Assembly: GCA_963766075.1 (NCBI GenBank)
Contig: CAVYAN010000032.1
Coordinates: forward strand, 1-12,495
From: an uncultured cyanobacterium
Lineage (GTDB): Bacteria > Cyanobacteriota > Cyanobacteriia > Leptolyngbyales > Leptolyngbyaceae
Reading direction: 5' to 3'
Length of the DNA stretch: 12,495 nucleotides
Shown here piece after piece: positions 1 through 7,409 of the stretch. Numbering within the stretch: position 1 is the stretch's first letter; the number at the start of each line of letters is the position of its first letter. Position numbers and translations under genes: made by a program. The notes below the pieces were generated by a model. That model was not told the DNA's origin, did not search any database, and saw only the letters and a program-made list of their open reading frames with translations.

Positions 1-423
1 GCGCAGGAGATCCTGAATGCCCATAACGCGTACCGAGCCCAAGTCGGTGTACCGCCTCTCAGTTGGTCTGACACTCTGGCAAGTCATGCTCAAGAGTGGG
101 CAAACCACCTCAGTGCTAACAGATTATTCCAGCATAGTGGAGCACAGGGCGAAGGAGAAAACCTGTGGATGGGCACATCACACCGGTTTAGCTTTACCCA
201 AATGGTTGAGGGTTGGGGTAACGAAAAGCAGCATTTTGTCCGGGGAACGTTCCCAAATGTAAGCAATACGGGCAATTGGGCTGATGTCGGTCACTATACC
301 CAAATGGTTTGGCGGAATACTACGCAAGTCGGCTGTGCTTGTGTTGACGGTGGTGATGGGAATGCCAGACTCGTTTGCCGCTACAGTCCTCAAGGCAATT
401 TTATCGGTCAATCAGTTTTCTAA
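1..423 (+). CDS. CAP/SCP domain protein, PR-1/CRISP-like (5' end outside window)
   Basis: Frame 1 is open from base 1: AQEILNAHNAYRAQVGVPPLSWSDTLASHAQEWA...QHS...GENLW...GHYTQMVWRNTTQVGC...LVCRYSPQGNF, stop TAA 421-423. These are the canonical CAP/PR-1 motifs. The track ORF 169..423 is only the C-terminal part. Confidence 0.95.
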   Translation, partial: AQEILNAHNAYRAQVGVPPLSWSDTLASHAQEWANHLSANRLFQHSGAQGEGENLWMGTSHRFSFTQMVEGWGNEKQHFVRGTFPNVSNTGNWADVGHYTQMVWRNTTQVGCACVDGGDGNARLVCRYSPQGNFIGQSVF

Positions 424-433
424 CGGCTGTCTG

Positions 434-490
434 ATTGCGGTTAGGCTAAGCCGCTTCCATAGTGGGGCGGTTTAGCCTAACTCGTGCAAT
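434..490 (+). terminator. Intergenic stem-loop (terminator-like or mRNA stabilising/processing hairpin)
   Basis: GTTAGGCTAAGCCGC (440-454) pairs with GCGGTTTAGCCTAAC (467-481) with one G-U pair; outer ATTGC (434-438) pairs with GCAAT (486-490). No U-tract follows. Confidence 0.6.
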
Positions 491-510
491 ACATTAAGAG
501 GAAATAAATT

Positions 511-1290
511 ATGTCTACAACAGTTAAATTGGCACAAATCTATGCTGTGCAGTTGGGTGATTTTCTAGCAGCGATCGCACAGAAATTCTATGGCGATAGC
601 AGTGACGAATCATGGTGCAGAATTTACGAAGCCAACAAAGCGGTGATTGGGCCAGATCCCGCTAACCTTCAACCTGGAATGGTTCTGGTGATTCCCTCTA
701 GTGATTCAAATCCCACGACTAAAGGGGACTTTAGCGCCATGTTAAATGCTTTGGGTGCGTTTGAATCCGGGCTGGCAACTGGCAATCCTAACCAGTATCG
801 TGTGGAAAACACGCTGGGCTTTATGGGCAAATACCAGTTTGGCGAACCGCTGTTGATTGATCTGGGGTATTACCAGGCAGAGGTTTACTATATGCACGGT
901 GCCGATCGGAATAACTGGCAGGGAAATTGGACGGGTAAGCGCGGCATTGGGGGCAAGTCCAGTTTTCTCAATGCTCCGCAGGTTCAGGAAGCGGCTATTC
1001 GGGAAGCCTTTCACCTGAACTGGACGCGCATCAATGATGCTCTCGCGGCTTCCCATCAGTCTGTCAATGATTATCTGGGGCAGGTCATGACATTCGATGA
1101 CCACGGAATTGCCAAAACTGTGACGATGACGCTATCGGGTCTGCTGGCGGGTGCTCATCTGAGTGGACCCTATGGGGTGGCAAACTTGCTGTTGAAAGGG
1201 ACGGTTGCCCTTGATGAATTTCAAACTTCCATCTTGCGATATGTGGATGAGTACGGTGGTTATGCTGTAACACCCACAGACTTTGCCTAA
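511..1290 (+). CDS. LysM peptidoglycan-binding domain + lysozyme-like (muramidase/transglycosylase-fold) domain protein
   Basis: N-terminal YAVQLGDFLAAIAQKFYG...IYEANKAVIG.DP..LQPGMVLVIP is a LysM. The C-terminal domain has ALGAFESG (Glu85, 763-765) followed by NTLGFMGKYQF, the helix-ES / GxYQ pattern of lysozyme-like folds. AAGAGG RBS upstream; no signal peptide evident. Confidence 0.85.
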   Translation: MSTTVKLAQIYAVQLGDFLAAIAQKFYGDSSDESWCRIYEANKAVIGPDPANLQPGMVLVIPSSDSNPTTKGDFSAMLNALGAFESGLATGNPNQYRVENTLGFMGKYQFGEPLLIDLGYYQAEVYYMHGADRNNWQGNWTGKRGIGGKSSFLNAPQVQEAAIREAFHLNWTRINDALAASHQSVNDYLGQVMTFDDHGIAKTVTMTLSGLLAGAHLSGPYGVANLLLKGTVALDEFQTSILRYVDEYGGYAVTPTDFA

Positions 1291-1413
1291 TGCTTCTGAG
1301 TGGATTACAGCGCCTCAGGAATACTCTGGTAATGCGTTCAAGTTCACCCATAATCCACTAATCATGTCACACAATACATGGGTCATACAATCCATAATAC
1401 AAGGAGAATTTTC

Positions 1414-1698
1414 ATGACACAGTCCGCTTTTCCCAACCAGGATTCAAACCTTGCTGACATTCAGCAAGGGAGTTCTAAATCAAAATTGTTGGATACTAAA
1501 GTGATGCGAGCCCCGCTGGATGCTGAGGTGATTCGAGCTGTAACACCTTTATTTATTGCCGCGATCGGTGGCATTATCGGGATTACCGTTTTAGTCATGG
1601 GTGCTAGTGAGGCTGGGTTTGGATTGGCCAGTACTGCGATCGCCGGTGCCGCTGGTTTAGCACAACCCCATAAGGATCAGAATTCAAAGGATCCCTAA
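1414..1698 (+). CDS. Small hypothetical membrane protein (94 aa) with Gly/Ala-rich hydrophobic hairpin
   Basis: AAGGAG RBS at 1401-1406 favours ATG 1414 over 1378. Hydrophobic segment AVTPLFIAAIGGIIGITVLVMGASEAGFGLASTAIAGAAGLA between polar termini. Confidence 0.75.
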   Translation: MTQSAFPNQDSNLADIQQGSSKSKLLDTKVMRAPLDAEVIRAVTPLFIAAIGGIIGITVLVMGASEAGFGLASTAIAGAAGLAQPHKDQNSKDP

Positions 1699-1962
1699 TG
1701 GGCTCTAAGGCATCCGTTTTTGCGGGCATTGATTCTACTGCAAGCGGGGAAGCTGGCCCATGCATTCAAGCTTCACAATTTGACACAGTCGATGTTTAGC
1801 GAGATGAGTATGCTAAAAGTTAATCTGTGGACAGAGATACTGTCTTTCGCTCTAACGGCCTGTCATTCTCATCCTACTGTCTGTCACTCTACTGTGTAGC
1901 TCTGGAGTGTGCTGGATTTCATTGAATTTACCACACCAAAGGGATCGCGTCATTCTCAACAC

Positions 1963-1997
1963 CCGATCCCCAGACTCTTCAAGAATTTGGGGATCGG
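1963..1997. repeat. 35-bp near-perfect palindrome upstream of the CHAT gene
   Basis: CCGATCCCCAGACTCTT-C-AAGAATTTGGGGATCGG: arms complementary at 15/17 positions, outer 10 bp perfect. Confidence 0.8.
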
Positions 1998-2042
1998 AAT
2001 TGTCAATCGGATCGCTATCGCGTTCAACGTTAGGGGGGCATT

Positions 2043-3128
2043 GTGACACCGATCAAAATTTTAATTCTGGCGGCGAATCCCAAGGGAAGCGATCGCCTCA
2101 GGCTGGACGAAGAAGTCCGAGAAATTAAGGCGGCTTTGGAGCAGAGCCAACACCGGGATGAGTTTGCCGTTATCCAAGAATGGGCGGTGCGGGTGGATGA
2201 TTTGCAAAAGCTGTTGCACAATCATGCCCCTCAAGTTGTTCATTTTTCGGGGCATGGCACGGGAGCCGAGGGGCTGGTGCTGGAGAATGAACTGGGGCGG
2301 GAGCAACCGGTGAGCACCCAGGCGTTAGCTGGCTTGTTTAAGCTGTTTCCCACCGTGCGCTGTGTGTGTCTGAATGCCTGTTACTCGGAGGTGCAGGCCA
2401 AGGAGATTTGCCAATACATTGACTGTGTGGTGGGGATGAATCAGGCGATTGGGGATAAGGCCGCGATCCAGTTTGCCAAGGGCTTTTATCGAGCTTTGGG
2501 GGCGCAGCGATCGTTTCAGGATGCCTATGAATTGGGCAAGAATGCGATCGCCCTGCAAAATATCCCCGATGAGTTGATTCCGGTATTGAAACTGAAGCCG
2601 TCTATTCCGTCTACTGACCTAACGTTATTTCCTTTACCTTCTTCTATCTCTGCAAAAATTATGAATGAATCTTCATCTGCGGTTCCTCCCAGTGCTGCAT
2701 TCCCATCTTCGAGTCAGAATCGCTCTGTTTCTATTGGTGGCAATATGACGGGCAGTGTGATTCAAACGGGGGATAGCAATACGGCTTCGGTTCAGTTCCA
2801 TCAGGTCACCTTGCCACCGCCGGATAGCGTCAATATTCAAACCGAAATGACAGCATTGCGGGAGCTGCTAGCGCTGCTGGAAACCCCCGATCGCCGCAAG
2901 ATCGATAATGCCCTGGCGGAGGTGGAGGATGAACTCAAGAAACCAGAACCGGACAAGGCAGAGGTGGGGCAGGCGTTGGAACGGGCTTTCAATTATGCTC
3001 AGAAAGCTGAAGGGTTTTCGGCGGCGATTGAGAAGCTCCAACCCCGAGTTAGCAAGGTGGTTTCATGGTTGGGTGATAATTGGTACAAGATTCTCAGTGT
3101 GGTCAGGCTGGGTGTAATTGGAATGTAG
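2043..3128 (+). CDS. CHAT-domain (caspase-like, HetF family) protease + putative amyloid motif + C-terminal helical domain
   Basis: KILILAANPK...LRLDEEVREI...VVHFSGHG (His71, 2253-2255) and CVCLNACYS (Cys113, 2379-2381) give an intact CHAT catalytic dyad. A Ser/Pro-rich linker follows, then NRSVSIGGNMTGSVIQTGDSNT, then a helical domain ending WLGDNWYKILSVVRLG. GTG start with AGGGGG upstream. Confidence 0.92.
   Translation: MTPIKILILAANPKGSDRLRLDEEVREIKAALEQSQHRDEFAVIQEWAVRVDDLQKLLHNHAPQVVHFSGHGTGAEGLVLENELGREQPVSTQALAGLFKLFPTVRCVCLNACYSEVQAKEICQYIDCVVGMNQAIGDKAAIQFAKGFYRALGAQRSFQDAYELGKNAIALQNIPDELIPVLKLKPSIPSTDLTLFPLPSSISAKIMNESSSAVPPSAAFPSSSQNRSVSIGGNMTGSVIQTGDSNTASVQFHQVTLPPPDSVNIQTEMTALRELLALLETPDRRKIDNALAEVEDELKKPEPDKAEVGQALERAFNYAQKAEGFSAAIEKLQPRVSKVVSWLGDNWYKILSVVRLGVIGM
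2718..2783 (+). other. Putative amyloid/homotypic interaction motif, copy 1 (aa 226-247 of the CHAT protein)
   Basis: NRSVSIGGNMTGSVIQTGDSNT; 14/22 identical to the motif encoded at 12322-12387. Confidence 0.7.
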
Positions 3129-3589
3129 TCTGTATGAGTATAGGAATTCACTTCGTGCTGCTTGGATTTTTTGAATCGTCATTGTTGCGATTTTGAGTTG
3201 TAGTAATTTTGACAAGGAAAAGTTTGTTTGTTCAAAAGCATTCAAGATCAGACGATTCCGGATTAGAAATGAGGCAATTTAGATTGGATCGCCATAGCTG
3301 TAACAATATTTAATTATCTTTTTAGGGTTATCGCTTTACTATCCTTCTATTAGAGAGATCGCATCGTTTAACTCATCCCCCTCTGAGTCAGCCGGGTTCC
3401 TGGATTCTGAGGAAAATCCTGGGGAAGATAAGGTCGCATTCAGTCTTCGTTTTCTTTTACTGTGCGCTATTCCAATTCTTGAGTCGGCATCCTGCGCAGG
3501 GCAGGTTTTTCCCTGGGAAATTTCACGGCTATATTGAACTGTTGCCATGATTGAGTGAACAGTGTTTATTCTGCTCGTTCAATTTGTTT

Positions 3590-3646
3590 GGACTATGGAC
3601 GAGAGTGCAAAGAGTCCATAGTCCGCAATAGTGTACAGTCCGCAAT
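3590..3646. promoter_or_regulatory. Inverted plus direct repeat cluster upstream of tpsA (candidate operator)
   Basis: Perfect 11-bp inverted repeat GGACTATGGAC (3590-3600) / GTCCATAGTCC (3614-3624) with a 13-nt spacer, and direct repeat AGTCCGCAAT at 3620-3629 and 3637-3646. Confidence 0.55.
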
Positions 3647-3757
3647 GTTATTTGCAGGCGATCGCACAACGCCGCCAGAGACGATCAAGTGTCTATCTTA
3701 GTGCAAGCGTATTAACGCAGAGAACTATTGACAAGATTGCTAAGGGGTTGCATTGCC

Positions 3758-6700
3758 ATGAAGGATTTGTTTGAGATTCGTGTGGTTTGGGTTTTGAGGT
3801 TAGCGATCGCGCTTTTCACTGGCCTATTTGTCGGCGCTGATCGCACTTGGGCACAAGTGACGCCCGATCTCACGCTGGGATCGGAGGGTTCGGTGGTGAA
3901 TCCGAATCTGAATATTCGGGGGTTGCCGAGCGATCTGATTGAGGGGGAGCTAGACGGGGCGCGAATCTGTTCCATAGCTTTCTGGACTTTAATGTGGCGG
4001 CGGGGCGCGGGGTTTACTTCGGCAATCCGGCGGGGGTGGACAATATTTTGAGCCGGGTGACGGGCGGCAATCTGTCGAATATTGACGGCAGGCTGGGCGT
4101 GTTGGGCAGCGCGAATCTGTTTTTGCTGAACCCGAATGGGATTGTATTTGGGCCGAATGCCAGTTTGGATGTGGCGGGATCGTTTTTGGCGAGTACGGCG
4201 GCGGGTTTTCGGTTTGCGGATGGGACGACCTATAGTGCCACGAATCCGGATGCGTCCCCTTTGTTAACGGTGACTGCGCCGCTGGGGGTGCAGTTTGGGC
4301 GGGATCAAGCGGGGGCGATCGCCAATGCCGGAAACTTAACGACAGGCCAAAATCTAACGCTGATTGGGGGCACGGTGGTAAGTACCGGGCAATTGAATGC
4401 ACCGAGGGGAAATCTGGAGGTTGTGGCGGACGATGTGGCGGTGCGGCAGTTAACGGCGCAAATCGGCAACCTTAACCGCCAACCATAATCTAAATTTAGT
4501 GGAAAGTCAGTTACAAACCTCAGGCGATTTGACTTTGCGGGCGGGGGATACGGTGCGTGTGCGGGATAGCGTGGCTCTACCGTTCTCGGCTCAAGCCGGG
4601 GGAAATCTATCGATTCAAGGAAATCGCGGCATTGATATTCTGGCGCTGAATCACCTCTCTCAAACTCCCTTTGTCAGTGGTGGCAATCTAAGCCTAATCA
4701 GTGATGGCATTATTTCTGGAGATGCCCATTTTGCTAGCGGTGGTGGGTTTACGGTCCGCAGCCTATCGGGCCTGCCTGCCCAATTTACCAGCCTCTATGA
4801 TCCCATTATTAGTTCTGCTGGCGATATTGATGTTGTCGGCAACTATTTAGGTGTCGCACTGCTCGTGGAGTCCTTGGGAAATATTCGGTTTCAGGGAAAA
4901 CGTCACTATCAATGGACCTGATAGAACTTTTAGTCCCGCAAATCCCGACCCCGACTTAGCCCTGTTAGGAAATTTGCCGGCGCTAATTGTCCATGCAAAT
5001 CGCGATGGTCTGCGATATTCACATACACCTTTACCGACACTTTTCCTCCTAATCCCGAATACAGCGATCTTTCAAACTGGCAGTAATCTCCCCGTTGGAG
5101 TAACTATCCAAGGACTTGTGAAGACCCCTGCGCCTGCGGCAGGCGGCAATGCCGGAAATATTATCCTCAGCGGCAATGCCTTGAATATCCAAGGATCTCT
5201 GGATACTTCTGCGGCAGGCGGCAATGCCGGAAATATTATCATCAGCGGCAATGCCTTGAATCTGACTGGCAGGTTAAGTAGTGATACTTCTGGAGTCGGA
5301 GATGGTGGAGACATAACCATTACGGTTACTAATGCTGTCAATATTGACGGCGGTTCTATTAACAGCCAGGTGCTTCGAGCAGGAAGAGAAGTAAACGGAA
5401 CGGGAGGTAGTATTACAATCAACGCAGGATCACTGCACTTGTCCGAAGGCGCACAGATCAATGCTTTTGTAAATGGTGCTCCTCATCTTGATGGAAATGG
5501 TAACGTTATTCCTGAACCAGATCCAATTGGAGATGCTGGAAATATCACAATCGATGTTGGCAAGGGTGAGATCAGGATTGATGGCAGTGGTGAGGTAGTA
5601 GTTCCACTGGTATTTTCGACACTCTAGGAAATGGGCAAGACACTCCTAATGGTACTCAAAGATCCTCAAAAAAAGGGAAGGAGGCATTGGGGGAAACATT
5701 AAGATTACTCGGGGTCACTGGCAATCATTGGTTTTAATAATGATTTGGGTAACCAAGCCAGGATTCGGGCGATGCAGGTATAGCTGCTAAGACTTTTGGC
5801 GGAAAACCTCTGACGAAACTCAAGTAGGAAGGCTGGAAAAATTAATATAACTACTGATCTCTCTATCCATTACGGGTGGGGGTTTTCTGGATAATAGTAC
5901 CTTTGGTAAGGGCAATGCTGGAATGATCACTGTGAAAGCAAACTCAATTACTTTAACCGATGACAATAAAACTCGCCGCGCCATCCAAAGCACAGCCGGA
6001 ATAGGGGCAACAGGGAAGGCTGGCTATATCAGTCTCAACACTGATCAATTAAGTGTCACAAACGCAAACGTAACGGTGAGTGGTACAGGAAAAAATTCGG
6101 CCGGGGATGTGATCGTCATGCCCATTAATATAAATGCTTCACTTAATGTCTCACTCAATAATGGCGCGATTACAGCTAAGACTGATAGTCCTAGCAGACC
6201 AGGGAGCGAAATACCATTTCCTCCAGCACCTAAATTCACTCCGTTTAGATAACCAGAGTGAAATATCGACCTCAACCCAAACGGGTGCAAGGCGGTGGGC
6301 TGTTGGTAGGACCCACGAGGGTGGCACTGTAGAATTGAATGGGGCAGCAAAATTTCAGCAGAGGCATAGGAAAGGTGGTCAGTGCAGGAAGACTCGCAAT
6401 TGACGCGGAGCGTTGAAGGTTCAAGACGGCTCCCGTGTAACCGTCGGTAGTCTCGATGGCCCTGCAGGTAATCTAACTATTTTTGCCAATCAGTTCGTTC
6501 TAAAAAATCAAGGAACGCTTACTGCGAATACAGGAAAGCCCCCTGGAGGGGCGCGCGAGCGCAAATATTTTCTTGTTCGGCAAAGAGCCTGCTACTGACA
6601 GTTTCGACTCATTAAATAATGCAACCGATACTCTCGCTCCACTCGAGTCATTATTGGCGGCAGTCGATAATCCGCAGGCAGTCAACGATCAATTAGGCAA

Positions 6701-7379
6701 TGCAACTATTCCTTCAAGCAGTTTTCTGATTATGGAAAGCGGCAGCAAGATAACCGCCACGGCTGATCGTAATAGCAATGCCTCTGGAGGCAACATTTTC
6801 ATCAAGACCCAGGTGTTATTGGCCCCTAAAACTGAGAATAAAATTTCAGCCAACGCCGGGGCAGGCAAAGGTGGGAACATCTTTATCTTTGCGAAGCCCT
6901 TGGGAATTTACAATATCGAGTTTCGTTCCACCGGCACCACCACCCTGAATGACATCACCGCGACCTCACTGTCCGGGGCCAACGGCATTGTCAGCATTGC
7001 CATCCCCGACATCAATCCCTCGCGGGGCCTCAACCAACTGCCCACCGACATTGCCGACGCCTCCAAACGGATTAACCCGATTTGCCCGATCGCAGGTCAA
7101 CAGCGCGCCGCCAACCAATTTGTCGTCACAGGTCGCGGAGGCTTACCGGCAACCCCCGATACGGCCCTCAGCAGCAACGTTCTCGTTGGCGCATCACCCG
7201 CAGTCACGCTGCCCGATCGCTCCGCCCCGCCCTCTACCAGCCCAACCGCAACTTCATCCCACGTCGAGGCGCAGGGGTCGACGATCGGGGCAAACGGCGA
7301 ATTCATCCTCACCGCCCATCCAGACCAAGTGTCACCGCATTCATCCTGGCACCCATTCCAAAATTGCAACCCCCAGTAA
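3758..7379 (+). CDS. Filamentous haemagglutinin-family two-partner secretion exoprotein (TpsA), about 1200 aa, interrupted by multiple frameshifts as sequenced
   Basis: Signal peptide ending TWA-QVTPDLTLG. TPS domain (RGANLFHSFLDFNV, NPAGVDNILSRVTGGNLSNIDG, ANLFLLNPNGIVFGPNASLDV) is split over two frames. GxAGNIxI beta-helix repeats follow, then the cyanobacterial FHA C-terminus (NDITATS...PDINPSRGL..LP...C...FVVTGRGGLP). Joins track ORFs 3728, 3994, 4499, 4851, 5923, 6134, 6413 and 6573 through indels at ~3945, ~4461, ~4899, several in 5590-5875, ~6230, ~6300-6410 and ~6560. Confidence 0.9.
5134..5261 (+). repeat. Intragenic direct repeat, 2 x 53 bp with 75-bp period, in tpsA
   Basis: CTGCGGCAGGCGGCAATGCCGGAAATATTATC[C/A]TCAGCGGCAATGCCTTGAAT at 5134-5186 and 5209-5261, one mismatch; encodes AAGGNAGNII[L/I]SGNALN. 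Confidence 0.92.
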
Positions 7380-7409
7380 TCTCCCATCAACTTTTGGCCT
7401 TTTGATCTC

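Noticed and set aside
1299..1359. 9-bp inverted repeat AGTGGATTA / TAATCCACT after the LysM gene
   Set aside because: Short arms, a 43-nt loop with weak internal pairing, and no target-site duplication seen; not enough to call a MITE or ncRNA.
1780..1814. Sigma70 promoter TTGACA (1780-1785) with TATGCT (1809-1814)
   Set aside because: The spacer is 23 nt, too long for a canonical -35/-10 pair.
3339..3548. Minus-strand 69-aa ORF (MATVQYSRE...) divergent from tpsA, as a possible regulator
   Set aside because: No recognisable domain or HTH pattern. It cannot be excluded, but nothing supports it beyond being open.
3728..3757. TTG 3728 as tpsA start, or TTGACA as a -35 element
   Set aside because: ATG 3758 has AAGGGG upstream and gives a normal signal peptide. 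No -10 lies at 17-nt spacing from TTGACA.
5134..5261. Repeat-spacer-repeat as a CRISPR array
   Set aside because: Only two copies, 53 bp long, in frame within the coding sequence; no cas genes in the window.
3758..7409. TpsA as a CdiA contact-dependent inhibition toxin
   Set aside because: No VENN-type or recognisable toxin C-terminus, the end is the usual cyanobacterial FHA tail, and only 30 bp separate it from tpsB, leaving no room for an immunity gene.
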